Shown here piece by piece: positions 1 to 10,107 of a DNA stretch of 64,000 nucleotides (its first letter is position 1; each line of letters opens with the position of its first letter). Made by a program: the position numbers and the translations under genes. The notes beneath the pieces were generated by a model. The model was not told where the DNA came from, ran no database searches, and saw only the letters and a list, made by a program, of their open reading frames with translations. The stretch spans positions 189,741 through 253,740 of the IMG/VR virus record IMGVR_UViG_3300047320_000285. One strand, written 5' to 3'.

Positions 1-2
1 AA

Positions 3-569
3 ATCGAAGGCCGCTACATGGGCCTGATCTACAAGGGGCCGGACGGGTCGTTCAAACTCTTGCAGGACATTGGCGAAGTGCCGTTGGAGCGCGATCGCAA
101 GCACGTCTATCCGCTGACGTTCTGCGAGCTGCTCTATATCTCGATCTATCGGCGTATCAATGGCTTGCCGTGCTTTATCACCCGCTACCCGGTGACCGGG
201 GTCGGATCGATCTATCCGAGCAAGACGCTGGTGCAGCCGACTATCAAGGTGGAGATCCGTCACGAGCTGGGCATGAACTGGGAGCAGCAGGATGACTCTT
301 ACGTGGCCTACAAGTTCCCGATCAACGGCTCGGCGTTCGTCAACTCGTTTTCACCGCACTCCTCCAAGCTCGCGGGTCTGGGTGCTGACTTTGACGGCGA
401 TATGGGTTCGCTCAATATTGTCTACTCGGACGAAGCCATCAAGGAGTGTGCAGCCTTCTTTAAAAGCAAGCGCGCCTATGTGGGCACGAACGGGCGGTTT
501 ATTTCCTCGTTTGACACCTCGACGGTGGCGCTGGTGTTTCACAATCTGACCAGTCCGGTCGAGGCCTAA
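3..569 (+). CDS. Virion RNA polymerase beta'-like subunit, N-terminal half gene (phiKZ gp180-like); 5'-truncated by window edge
   Basis: Catalytic motif LGADFDGD, preceded by ITRYPV and FSPH. Frame is open from position 3. Lies directly upstream of the beta-like gene. Confidence 0.9.
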   Translation: MEGRYMGLIYKGPDGSFKLLQDIGEVPLERDRKHVYPLTFCELLYISIYRRINGLPCFITRYPVTGVGSIYPSKTLVQPTIKVEIRHELGMNWEQQDDSYVAYKFPINGSAFVNSFSPHSSKLAGLGADFDGDMGSLNIVYSDEAIKECAAFFKSKRAYVGTNGRFISSFDTSTVALVFHNLTSPVEA

Positions 570-571
570 CC

Positions 572-3500
572 ATGCTTTTTTACGAACAGTTCTATCAGAA
601 ATTCGGCGTGCGTAGCGCGTCACAGTTGCTGGCGCCCCGGATGCCGGCGCTGAAGAATCTGGAACTGCCCCAACGGAGTATCTTTCACTACGTAGGGCAA
701 GGCCCGCTTGATGCGGGTCCGCCGTCGGACGAGTTCCTGTTTCGTCATGTGACGAAGCCGATTCCGATGCTGCACGTCACCAAGCTGCAGGAATTCAAAG
801 GCGCGCCGCGCTTTATCACCACCACGGTGATTGCGGACATCCGCAAGTATCACAACAAGAACCGCCGTTACCGGCTGAACCGTAACCTGCCGGCGATGGT
901 CCGCGATCCGATGGCGCCGGCGGTGATCAACTACGCGTGGCTGGCCCGGCTGTATCGCTACCAGCGTAATCTGTACGCCGAATACAACCGCTGGTGGAAC
1001 ATCAACGCCACGGTGTGGAAGACGATTGCCACGGTGTCTGCGGAAACCGATCGGCACCAGTTTATCGAAGTCGGCTTGCCCACCCTGTTGCCGGGTCTGA
1101 CGGACCTGCGCATTGCCGCGGAAATGCTGGTGGATGAAGCCGGTCTGCAAGTGGTGACCGAGCAACTGTCGGTGGCCATGGAAGGACTGATCGATAATCC
1201 GGGTTTCTACACCGAGAGTCTGGCCCTCGAAGCGATGAACTCGCGCACGCTGCGCATCTTCCACTCACCAGAGTCGCTGGTGTTGCTGGAGCTGTGGAAG
1301 TGGTGTGGGCCGAACCGAGCCAAGTCGGCGATCTCGGCTGTCCCGACCGATAAGCTCAACAAGGTCAACCTGATCTTTGTCGAGTCGGGTCGCTGGTTTG
1401 TGGTGAATCTCGGTCAGCTCGATAGCTGGCGCAAAGCCACCGAAGAAGAACTGGCCGCCAACGCTGAAGCCAATCAGGACGGCATCGATCCGGTACAGTT
1501 TCAGAAGCGCGTGTTGCGTATGGTGATGGCGCTGTTCCAAGTGCGTACCGATGCCTCTCCGCAAGTGCTGGATGAATCGGGTGAGGGGGAAGAGCAAGAA
1601 GCCCAAGCCGAGACTACCACCGCACAGGCTGCGAACAATGCGGTGCCGGAAGCACCCGCGGCGGCCACAGTTGTCACGGGACAGGTGACCGATCCGGCGA
1701 GTGGTGTGAAGGCGGTGGTGATGCCGGCCAAGCAGCCGGAAGTGGTGCAGCCGGATCTCAGTACCGAGACGCCAGCTGCAGCGATCAAGGAAGATCCACA
1801 TCTGGACGAGCAGATCGAAAAGGATCTGGCGGAACTTGACCGGATCACTCACGCCCAACTGAGCGCCCAAGATGCGGAGCAGGATGCCGCGGTGCTGGCG
1901 CCGGTGGAACGCACGTTGGAAAGTGGCGTGATGGCCGTGGCCAATCGGCTGGCGGATGACGGCATGTTGTCGGCCGCGGAGTATCGTCGCTATGACGACC
2001 TCTCGAAGAAGTTTCACCAGATCGTGGCCCCGGACGGCAAGCGGACGCTCAAGGACTATATCGACGTGCATCACGACGATGTGGCTATTCATGCGTCACC
2101 GGCAATTGCAGACATTCCGACGGTGCTCGACAAGACCATGTTGAAGTCGAGCCTGCATGAGTTCGATAAGCGCTATATCGAAGAGGTGTTGCCACGGCAC
2201 GTCAGCGCGATGGTGATGAACCTGCAGCATGCGGGGATCTGTGTGACTGACTATAAGGTCGAGCGCATGGAGTCGGTACAAGGTGCGTATGATGCGCATA
2301 CCGTCAAGGTCACCCCGGTCGAAGGCGCGGCGTCAACCCTGCGCTTCATGCTGCCAGCAGCTGAAGAAGATGGCTCGTACACCGCCAATGGGGTAAAGTA
2401 CCACTTCCGTAAGCAAAAGGGTGACCTGCCGATTCGCAAGATCAGTCCGAGTGAAGTCGCGCTCACCTCCTACTACGGCAAGCTGTTTGTCCAACGTAGC
2501 GAGAAGAAGGTCAATGACTACGGCACGTGGTTGCGTAACCAAGTCATGGCCAAGGGACTGGACGAAGCCGATCAGACCATCACTGATCTGCACCCGATGA
2601 ACGTGTTCAACCCGGAGTTCAAAGTCCCGCGCCTGTATTCGACGCTGGCGATGGGCTTCAATAGTTTCCAAGCAGCGGGCTTCACGTGGATGTTTGATTA
2701 CACCCTGCGTGAAACCGTGTTCGGCAAGGACGCCATCGAGCAGTACGAACGCGACGGCGGCCGGCTGATCGCCCACAACGACCGGGGTGAGTTTATTCTG
2801 GTCGACCAGCAAGATGCGCTCTACAAAGTCGTCGAGGGCAAGCTCGAGGAAATGCCGGCGTTTGAAGAACTGGTGCAGGTGCCGGTCGAGAAAGCGCCGA
2901 TCGATTTTGTCGAGATCCGGATTCTGGCCCGTTCGATTCCGATTGGCTTTGTGCTGGGTTACGAGATGGGGCTCACGCAGCTGTGCCGCTTCCTGAAAGT
3001 GCAGCCGCGGATTGTGCCTGCCGGCACGCGTCTGGGTCTGCAGCCGCATGAGTATCCGCTGATCTTCGAAGATGAGACGTGGGTGTTCAGCAAGGACAAT
3101 CGTTACGCGACGATGATTCTGGCCGGCTTTAACGAGTACCATCGGGCGCTGCGGGACTACAGCTCTCATGAGTTCGACAAACGCGGCGTGTACCTGAACC
3201 TGCTGGAAGGCGAGGGGTCGTCGGCCCGTTACATTCGGGAAATCGATCACCTGTATCAGTTGTTTATCGATCCGATCACGCTCATGTTGCTGCAACGCTT
3301 TCATGAGCCGGAAGACTTTCGTGGCCTGTTACTTAAAGCCACCAGTCTGTTGATGGACGACATGCACCCGGACGAACTCGATCCGAAGTACATGCGGGTG
3401 AAGGGTTACGAGCGCTGGGCCGGGGCGGTGTATTCCGAGCTGGTCAAGGCAGTGAAGTCGCACAGTGGACGGCCGGGCAAGTCACGCCATCCGATCGAAC

Positions 3501-4984
3501 TGAATCCGTACGCAGTCTGGACGGCGATTCAGACCGATCCCTCCAAGGGGCTGGTGAAGGATATCAATCCGATCCAGAACCTGAAGGAAAAGGAAGCGAT
3601 GACCTTCTCGGGTACCGGGGGACGTTCGAGCCGGTCGATGACCAAGCATACCCGCGCTTACCACCAGAACGACATGGGGGTCACCTCCGAGTCGACAGTG
3701 GACTCGGGCGACGTCGGTATCAACACCTACACGTCAGCGGATCCGCAGTTTGATTCGTTGCTGGGGACGTCCAAGCCGTATGTGATCGGCAAGACGGGCG
3801 CAACCGCGTTGCTGTCCACCTCGGCGCTGATCTCACCGGCCTCCGATCGGGATGATCCGAAGCGGGTGAACTTCGTGGGGATTCAGCATGGTCACGGGAT
3901 CGCCTGCAAGGGCTACCGCACCGCTGCACTGCGGACCGGTTACGAGCAGGTGCTGGCGCACCGTACCAGTGATCTGTACGCCACCACGGCCAAGCAGGAT
4001 GGTCGGGTCGTCTCCCGCAACGACCACGGCATTGTGGTAGAGTTCGCCGATGGCAAGACCAAGGGGATTCAACTGGGTCGACGCTATGGGGCGGCCGAAG
4101 GCCTGACGATTCCGCACGATGTGATCTCGGAGCTGAAGGAAGGCGATGAGTTCAAAGCGGGCGAGGTGATTGCGTACAACCCGGGCTTCTTCAAGCGCGA
4201 TATGCTCAACCCGAAGAATGTGATCTGGAAGGTTGGTCTGTTGGCCCGCACGGTGCTGATGGAATCGACCCAGACGCTGGAAGACTCCAGCTCGATCTCG
4301 CATCGCATCTCTGAACAGTTGACGACCGCGATCACCAAGCAACGCACCATCGTGGTGAACTTCGAGCAATCGATTCACAAGCTGGTCAAAGCCGGCCAAG
4401 CCGTGGGCAGCGAGGATATTCTATGCATTATCGAAGATGCGCTGACGCGGGACAATGCGCTCTTCGATCAGGAATCGCTGGATACCCTGAAGGTGCTCTC
4501 GGCTCACGCTCCGCAGGCGAAGTTTAAAGGCGTGGTCGAACGTATCGAGGTCTACTACCATGGCGACATGGAAGACATGTCACAATCCTTGCAAGCAATT
4601 GTGGAGGCCAGTGACCGGGATCTGGTACGGCGCGCGAAGTCGGCTGGCAAGAAGGCTTTTACGGGTCAGGTTGACGAAGGCTATCGCGTGGAGGGTAATC
4701 CGCTCGCTCTGGATACGGCGGCGATTCAGATCTACCTGACGGCTGAGGTACCGGCCGGTGTGGGTGATAAAGGTGTGTTTGCTAACCAGATGAAGACCGT
4801 GTTCGGCCGTGTGCTGGAGAACGATTGGAAGACGGAAAGCGGACTGGTGATTGATGCGGTGTTCGGTGCGAAGTCCATTGCGGACCGGATCGTCACCTCG
4901 CCTTACGTCATCGGCACCACGACCACCTTGCTGGATGTTATTGGCAAGAAGGCCGTCGCGATCTATCGCGGCAAGAAAGCGTAA
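572..4984 (+). CDS. Virion RNA polymerase beta-like subunit (phiKZ gp178-like), 1470 aa
   Basis: Size and synteny with the GADFDGD gene. Beta-like segments KGDLPIRK, GEVIAYNPGFF, GVGDKGVFANQMKT. Internal acidic Ala-rich spacer. Confidence 0.85.
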   Translation: MLFYEQFYQKFGVRSASQLLAPRMPALKNLELPQRSIFHYVGQGPLDAGPPSDEFLFRHVTKPIPMLHVTKLQEFKGAPRFITTTVIADIRKYHNKNRRYRLNRNLPAMVRDPMAPAVINYAWLARLYRYQRNLYAEYNRWWNINATVWKTIATVSAETDRHQFIEVGLPTLLPGLTDLRIAAEMLVDEAGLQVVTEQLSVAMEGLIDNPGFYTESLALEAMNSRTLRIFHSPESLVLLELWKWCGPNRAKSAISAVPTDKLNKVNLIFVESGRWFVVNLGQLDSWRKATEEELAANAEANQDGIDPVQFQKRVLRMVMALFQVRTDASPQVLDESGEGEEQEAQAETTTAQAANNAVPEAPAAATVVTGQVTDPASGVKAVVMPAKQPEVVQPDLSTETPAAAIKEDPHLDEQIEKDLAELDRITHAQLSAQDAEQDAAVLAPVERTLESGVMAVANRLADDGMLSAAEYRRYDDLSKKFHQIVAPDGKRTLKDYIDVHHDDVAIHASPAIADIPTVLDKTMLKSSLHEFDKRYIEEVLPRHVSAMVMNLQHAGICVTDYKVERMESVQGAYDAHTVKVTPVEGAASTLRFMLPAAEEDGSYTANGVKYHFRKQKGDLPIRKISPSEVALTSYYGKLFVQRSEKKVNDYGTWLRNQVMAKGLDEADQTITDLHPMNVFNPEFKVPRLYSTLAMGFNSFQAAGFTWMFDYTLRETVFGKDAIEQYERDGGRLIAHNDRGEFILVDQQDALYKVVEGKLEEMPAFEELVQVPVEKAPIDFVEIRILARSIPIGFVLGYEMGLTQLCRFLKVQPRIVPAGTRLGLQPHEYPLIFEDETWVFSKDNRYATMILAGFNEYHRALRDYSSHEFDKRGVYLNLLEGEGSSARYIREIDHLYQLFIDPITLMLLQRFHEPEDFRGLLLKATSLLMDDMHPDELDPKYMRVKGYERWAGAVYSELVKAVKSHSGRPGKSRHPIELNPYAVWTAIQTDPSKGLVKDINPIQNLKEKEAMTFSGTGGRSSRSMTKHTRAYHQNDMGVTSESTVDSGDVGINTYTSADPQFDSLLGTSKPYVIGKTGATALLSTSALISPASDRDDPKRVNFVGIQHGHGIACKGYRTAALRTGYEQVLAHRTSDLYATTAKQDGRVVSRNDHGIVVEFADGKTKGIQLGRRYGAAEGLTIPHDVISELKEGDEFKAGEVIAYNPGFFKRDMLNPKNVIWKVGLLARTVLMESTQTLEDSSSISHRISEQLTTAITKQRTIVVNFEQSIHKLVKAGQAVGSEDILCIIEDALTRDNALFDQESLDTLKVLSAHAPQAKFKGVVERIEVYYHGDMEDMSQSLQAIVEASDRDLVRRAKSAGKKAFTGQVDEGYRVEGNPLALDTAAIQIYLTAEVPAGVGDKGVFANQMKTVFGRVLENDWKTESGLVIDAVFGAKSIADRIVTSPYVIGTTTTLLDVIGKKAVAIYRGKKA

Positions 4985-4993
4985 GCGCTCTTT

Positions 4994-5025
4994 GCTGGAG
5001 GCCTTCGGGTCTCCAGCCCTTATTT
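4994..5025 (+). terminator. Intrinsic terminator after vRNAP beta
   Basis: gctggaggcc-ttcg-ggtctccagc followed by a T-rich run. Confidence 0.7.
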
Positions 5026-5050
5026 CTATTCTGTTTGAGGAACGACCACC

Positions 5051-5248
5051 ATGCAAATGGCTCAATCGCAAGAGACCGTGGTGACGTTGGCCAATGCAGC
5101 GGAACTGGCAGCGACCGTCGTGTGCGGCGTTGTGGGTAACGAACTGGCCGACACCATCGCGGGCTCGCCCGTTACCCGCCAGACCATCTACGATCTGGCT
5201 CTGGCCAAGTTCCAGAACCGGCTGAACCCCATCATCGGAGCCAAGTAA
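5051..5248 (+). CDS. Small hypothetical protein, 65 aa
   Basis: SD gagga upstream; fills the gap; next ORF starts 1 nt after its stop. Confidence 0.65.
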   Translation: MQMAQSQETVVTLANAAELAATVVCGVVGNELADTIAGSPVTRQTIYDLALAKFQNRLNPIIGAK

Positions 5249-5249
5249 C

Positions 5250-6692
5250 ATGCTGACTCTCGAAGCAATTCAAAGCGCCCAAGCGCTGGCCGATCGACTG
5301 GACGCGGCACGCGTGGTTGTGTTGGCAGCCCCGGGTACCCCGCTCGAAGCGCTGACCTCGGGCACGCGCGTTGACGATCATACGGGCGTGGTGCAAGCGG
5401 ATGACGGTGGCTACTCGGCCAACGTGCAGTTTATCCACGCGATGGCCAACGTGCAAAACGACAAGCTGGGTGCCAACCCGCATGACGTGGCCCTGAACGA
5501 AATCGCCGAAGTCGCGATTCCCGCTGTGACGGGTCACATCCAGTTCGCCCGCTCGACGGTGCGGCCGGTGATTGAAGATCTGGTCGAACGGGTGATGAAG
5601 TCGCTCGGTGAAGACAAGATCGAATTGGCGCTTGGCGCCGAAGTGATCGTGCAGGAATCGCCGGCACCGCTGACCAACGGCGCGTTCGACACGATGGTGC
5701 GCAAGTTTGAAGGTGTGCCGTACGCCCCGCCGGTGCTCGGGATGCGCTGCCCGGACCAGACCATCGATGAAATCAAGGAACTGATGAAGACCGGTTCCGG
5801 TTCGGTGGACAAGGACATCGAAGCTTGGCTGGCAGCCGAAGGCGGCTCGTGGCTGATGGAGCTGTGGGAAAACGTCTTCCAGATCAAGCCGCGCGAAGCC
5901 GGTTACAGCGGCCGTCGCACGTTCGACGAATGGACCGCGGACAAGGCATGTGGCGTGGACTTCTCGCTGGCGATTTTCCTGCTGGCGCGCAAGCTCTTCG
6001 ACAGTCCGCTCGAAGGCACGGTGATGAATCTCAACGAGCACGAGCGGCTCGTGGCGGATTACCGGGATCAGTCCGCGGCAGCGCTGTGTCGGTTTGTCGA
6101 CCAGCTCGATCGCAATCGCAAGAACGGCATTCTGGTGGTGGGGCTGTCGCGCCTGAAGACCACGGTCGATGCCGAAGTGTATCGCGAGTGGATCGAAAAG
6201 GGCGGCGAGAACGAAGTGCTGTTTGGCAATAGCCTGCGCACGATGCCGTTCACGTCGGTCACCGACATCGAAGCAGCGGCAGCAGCCCTCAAGGGGGCAT
6301 GGGATCAACACGCGGCGCTGGAAGACACGGTGCGCCGTAACCGTCAGTTCGATCGCACCCGGGAACTGTTCTTCCATCACTTCCGGGCGCAACTGGCGGA
6401 AGCCACCGAAGACGGCCAAGCGGATCTGGGCAATAGCGAGCAAGTGCTCGAGCGTTTCCGTCAGGGCTTGACCGCCGTGCGGGAAGACGACCTCGACTGC
6501 CTGTACACGCTGGCGACCAAGCTGGTCTGCGATGCACGTTTCCCCGACAAGGCGGCGTACACTATCCTGATGGGCATCGATCGCAACGTCAAGCAGAACC
6601 CGCATCTCGAACTGCGCGAAGCCGCCACGCTCGCGATCGTCGAGTATGTGTGCGACTGGCTCTCGGAGCAGTTCAAGCCGGTGCGCTACTAA
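5250..6692 (+). CDS. Conserved phiKZ-like virion/head-associated protein, 480 aa
   Basis: Long ORF with phage-typical codon bias, located between vRNAP and the protease. Confidence 0.65.
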   Translation: MLTLEAIQSAQALADRLDAARVVVLAAPGTPLEALTSGTRVDDHTGVVQADDGGYSANVQFIHAMANVQNDKLGANPHDVALNEIAEVAIPAVTGHIQFARSTVRPVIEDLVERVMKSLGEDKIELALGAEVIVQESPAPLTNGAFDTMVRKFEGVPYAPPVLGMRCPDQTIDEIKELMKTGSGSVDKDIEAWLAAEGGSWLMELWENVFQIKPREAGYSGRRTFDEWTADKACGVDFSLAIFLLARKLFDSPLEGTVMNLNEHERLVADYRDQSAAALCRFVDQLDRNRKNGILVVGLSRLKTTVDAEVYREWIEKGGENEVLFGNSLRTMPFTSVTDIEAAAAALKGAWDQHAALEDTVRRNRQFDRTRELFFHHFRAQLAEATEDGQADLGNSEQVLERFRQGLTAVREDDLDCLYTLATKLVCDARFPDKAAYTILMGIDRNVKQNPHLELREAATLAIVEYVCDWLSEQFKPVRY

Positions 6693-6708
6693 CTCTTAAG
6701 GACACGTC

Positions 6709-7434
6709 ATGAACCCGAAGAAGTTGATTCGCGACCCCAAGCGGGTGCAGGCGTGTCTCAAGGAGTTGCCGGACCACCGGCTCGTGGCTCTGAAGCCTGT
6801 GAAGATTTACGTTCCTGCCCGCTTCAATGAGCGCAACCTCGCGACCATTGGCACCGAAGTCTACATTGTCGGCATCTACGGCATTGTGGTAGAAGACCAG
6901 TACTACGGGTCCTCGACGGTGAACGCCATGATGCGTATCGAGCCATCCTCGATTATGCGCATTCAGGTGGACGGGGAGGAATACTTCGAATTCAGTTTCG
7001 ACGCAGGCGCGACGGTGATCAGCTCCACCCTGCTGGTCAAGCAGGATACGCTGGTCTATCGGATCTACGACGAGATCTTCGCCAAAGGTCGGGTGCCGTG
7101 GTACATGAGTTTGCTGCAGTTGGGCCGGCTGTTCGAGACCGCCAAGAAGCACGCTGGGGCGAACTTGGGCCAGAACCAAGAAGTGACCGAGCTGATCGCC
7201 TCGATCATTGCCCGTGACGAGAGTGATCGTCACTTGCAGTACCGCTCTACGATCAAGAGCATGGATGACCTGCAAAGGCGTCCACCCGTGTACATTCCGA
7301 TGCGTTCCGTTCAGTACGCGGCAAACAACACGCTTAACAAGTTGGCGGGGTCCTACTTCGGTGAAGCCGTGGTGTCAGCACTGGTGACCCCGAGTGACCG
7401 GACGGAACGCATTGAGTCTCTGCTGAGAAAGTGA
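6709..7434 (+). CDS. Conserved phiKZ-like virion protein, 241 aa
   Basis: SD aagga; operon position directly upstream of the prohead protease. Confidence 0.65.
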   Translation: MNPKKLIRDPKRVQACLKELPDHRLVALKPVKIYVPARFNERNLATIGTEVYIVGIYGIVVEDQYYGSSTVNAMMRIEPSSIMRIQVDGEEYFEFSFDAGATVISSTLLVKQDTLVYRIYDEIFAKGRVPWYMSLLQLGRLFETAKKHAGANLGQNQEVTELIASIIARDESDRHLQYRSTIKSMDDLQRRPPVYIPMRSVQYAANNTLNKLAGSYFGEAVVSALVTPSDRTERIESLLRK

Positions 7435-7441
7435 GAAAGAA

Positions 7442-8206
7442 ATGAGCAATCAGGTACGTTTTGCCTGCACGGCCTTGGCAGGCACCAACCGGGCTGGCAA
7501 GCTGGTCGCAGACGCAAATGGCTACTACGACATGGTCGTGGGTGGCTTGAACGTCTTCAACTCAGTGGGCCAGTACTACACCTACGAAGGGGCGAAAGAA
7601 CTCTTCGAGGAGTCCAGTCAGTTCATGCGGCGTGTCAAGCGCGGCGTGCTGGCCGGGGAACAAGGCCATCCGAAGTGGCAACCCGGCATGAGCGAGTCGG
7701 CCTACGCCCAACGCATCATGTCGATCTACGAAGAGAACGTGTGCTGCCATCACAAGGAAGTCTATCTCGACTTTGACAATGTCAAGGATGAGGCGGGCCG
7801 CCCGGTGATTGCGATCCGCTCCAAGTTGAAGCCGGCCGGTCCGCATGGCGAGGCCTTGCGCCAGTCGCTGGAGAATCCGGATGAGAACGTCTGCTTCTCG
7901 ATTCGGGCCTTCACCGATGACTTCCAAGACCGCGGTCGTGGCTTGACCAAACGGATCTTGCGCACCATCGTGACGTGGGACCGGGTGACCGAACCGGGTC
8001 TGTCGGTGGCGGAGAAATACAAGAGCCCCGCGCTCGAATCGCTGGAAGATCGTTACTTCTCGCGCGGGGTGCTCGAGCGCGGCATGGCTGATGCCCAAGT
8101 CAAGGGCATCGCAACAGAATCCTCGCTCATGACCGGACACGAACTGTTCAAGGCCATGGGTTGGATCATGCCCAAGGGCGATCGCCCGTCGTTCCTCAAG
8201 TGGTAA
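7442..8206 (+). CDS. Prohead (head maturation) serine protease (phiKZ gp175 / T4 gp21-like)
   Basis: GEQGHP (catalytic His) and CFSIRA (catalytic Ser) motifs; possible C-terminal self-cleavage site PALE. Confidence 0.9.
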   Translation: MSNQVRFACTALAGTNRAGKLVADANGYYDMVVGGLNVFNSVGQYYTYEGAKELFEESSQFMRRVKRGVLAGEQGHPKWQPGMSESAYAQRIMSIYEENVCCHHKEVYLDFDNVKDEAGRPVIAIRSKLKPAGPHGEALRQSLENPDENVCFSIRAFTDDFQDRGRGLTKRILRTIVTWDRVTEPGLSVAEKYKSPALESLEDRYFSRGVLERGMADAQVKGIATESSLMTGHELFKAMGWIMPKGDRPSFLKW

Positions 8207-8214
8207 CACCACCC

Positions 8215-8253
8215 CGTCATAGGCCCCCGCTCACAAGGCGGGGGTTTATGCCG
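8215..8253 (+). terminator. Terminator hairpin with TTTATGCCG foot
   Basis: ccccgc stem / gcgggg followed by tttatgccg. Confidence 0.6.
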
Positions 8254-8274
8254 TGTTGTATTTATTTTTGATCA

Positions 8275-8282
8275 CATATTAC
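8275..8282 (+). promoter_or_regulatory. Putative early (vRNAP) promoter element CATATTAC
   Basis: One mismatch to the phiKZ early consensus TATATTAC; preceded by a T-run; upstream of an accessory ORF. Confidence 0.5.
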
Positions 8283-8337
8283 CAACATGTACAAGCAGCA
8301 CGAATGATCTTACACTTCCTCACACTGGAGTCAAGCC

Positions 8338-8823
8338 ATGGGCGTCAAGATTGAGTTCATCGTCAACAAACAACTCGGACTCGGACCGGTACAAACAAAG
8401 AAAGTCCAAGCCGATACCAAGCAGCTGGCGATCCTGCTGGGCAAGATCAATACCGACCCCAAGTGGGACAAGCTGCTGACCACAGGTAGCGGGATGTTGG
8501 CGGGCAAGGGTGACTTCCTGTTGCTGGAAGATCTAGACCTGAACACCAAGGCCAACAAAGAATACCTGCAAGATGCGGGTGAGCTGAAAGTGATCTGTCA
8601 GGCGCTGCTCGACGCCAAAGACACCGCGCTGCGCATGCGCCTGACGAAAGCGCAGAAACAGATGCTGCGCGAACAGACCGAAGGTCACTTGATGCTCTGT
8701 GGTGTAGAGATGGGTCGTCGGCCGGTTGCACCGAAAGGCCAGCCGTCGCGTTTTGTCGACTGCCTGATGTTTCAACCCGAATATCGGACCAGCCGGATAT
8801 TCGTTGTCTACAGCGATCTGTGA
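8338..8823 (+). CDS. Hypothetical protein, 161 aa
   Basis: SD ggag; follows the early-promoter-like motif. Confidence 0.7.
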   Translation: MGVKIEFIVNKQLGLGPVQTKKVQADTKQLAILLGKINTDPKWDKLLTTGSGMLAGKGDFLLLEDLDLNTKANKEYLQDAGELKVICQALLDAKDTALRMRLTKAQKQMLREQTEGHLMLCGVEMGRRPVAPKGQPSRFVDCLMFQPEYRTSRIFVVYSDL

Positions 8824-8851
8824 CTGTACGAGACCGTACAAAGGTAGATTT

Positions 8852-8869
8852 TTACCACGCTCCACCATG
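8852..8869 (+). promoter_or_regulatory. Putative nvRNAP promoter TTAC-N10-CATG
   Basis: Same spacing seen at 25989, 37062 and 42333. Confidence 0.4.
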
Positions 8870-8919
8870 CCATGCCACACGGCAAACCTTACACTTTTCC
8901 AAACGAGACGAGACGATCT

Positions 8920-9498
8920 ATGAGCGATGTTCTCCTGAAGTTTAATGGCCACACGCATGACGCCAGCAAAGTGCTCGGCAAAGCCAGTCGGCCGGTGGAG
9001 GTCACCTACAAGGACATCAACACCGACATGAGCCTAGTGGAGTATCAGTGCGTGCCGCCGGGTTCGGATCCGCTCTACGGCGGCGCCACGGTGTTCATTC
9101 ACTTTAACGGCAAGTACGTGCCGTTGATGGGTCGTGCGAAAGTCTTGACCGATAACTCGAACCCCGAGCGTATCATCAAGGGCATGCTGATTACCAGCGT
9201 GGCACTGAAAGCAGCCCGGCTCGAAACCAGCTACGTCAGGCCGTCGGGTCCGACGACACTGCCGACCCCGAGCGAAGGCATCCGTGTCAGTCAACCCGAA
9301 CATGCCCCGCTGAAGAATATCGATGCGCTGCGCGATCGTTTCAGCAGTCCTGCATCCAAGCCGAGCCCGCGTCATCACGACACGGAGCGTCGGCCGTCTC
9401 AGAATTACGGCGGCACTAGCCGTCCGGAATCGGCCACCGGGAGTTCGCTGCGTTCCCGTAGTCCGTATCGTGGCACCACCAAACGCAGCGGAGTCTAG
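8920..9498 (+). CDS. Hypothetical protein with Ser/Arg/Pro-rich disordered C-tail (start 8920 preferred over 8872)
   Basis: Open frame with a globular N-part (MSDVLLKFNGH...) and low-complexity tail. Confidence 0.6.
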   Translation: MSDVLLKFNGHTHDASKVLGKASRPVEVTYKDINTDMSLVEYQCVPPGSDPLYGGATVFIHFNGKYVPLMGRAKVLTDNSNPERIIKGMLITSVALKAARLETSYVRPSGPTTLPTPSEGIRVSQPEHAPLKNIDALRDRFSSPASKPSPRHHDTERRPSQNYGGTSRPESATGSSLRSRSPYRGTTKRSGV

Positions 9499-9563
9499 CG
9501 CTAGACTTCTTTAGACGCAGTAACATTCTTCAATCACAAAACCGAAACAAGGAAGGTATTATC

Positions 9564-10031
9564 ATGGCAAAGGAAATCAGCCAAAAGAGCCACGACGACG
9601 CAAAGGCACTGCGCAAGCTCCTCGACATCGATCCGAAGACGGGCGTGACCAAGGACGTGCCGAAGGACTGGTACGACGGTCAGCGCGAAGCATTCGGCGT
9701 CGATCCCGAGCAGCTCAAGCTGGTGCGTGAACTCGACACCCACGTCGCGCAAGTCGCCACCCTCGCCGTCGGCGAAGAAGCGAACCACCTCGGCAAGAAG
9801 AGCAAGGATCTGGACCGCGTGCAGGTCAAGATCCACGCCGACGGTCGCAACGGTTTCAACGTCGACTGGAAGCGCCGCATCGAAACGATGAACCCGACCA
9901 CCAAGGAAAAGGGCGAAAAGTTCGGCGTGGTCAACGTCAAGTTCGACTTCTACGGCACGGGCACGCACGGCGAGATGAAGCTGATCCGCGAACACATCGC
10001 CACGCAAGGCGCTGCCTCGCTGGCAGACTGA
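9564..10031 (+). CDS. Hypothetical protein, 155 aa, probably highly expressed
   Basis: Strong SD aaggaagg, very biased C/G-ending codons, own terminator. Confidence 0.75.
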   Translation: MAKEISQKSHDDAKALRKLLDIDPKTGVTKDVPKDWYDGQREAFGVDPEQLKLVRELDTHVAQVATLAVGEEANHLGKKSKDLDRVQVKIHADGRNGFNVDWKRRIETMNPTTKEKGEKFGVVNVKFDFYGTGTHGEMKLIREHIATQGAASLAD

Positions 10032-10107
10032 ACGTCGCGCGGCCGACGCGCTGGTGCTTCTGAGACCGTTGTGATGGGCGACTCGGAGCACCAGCACTGA
10101 GCAAGAC

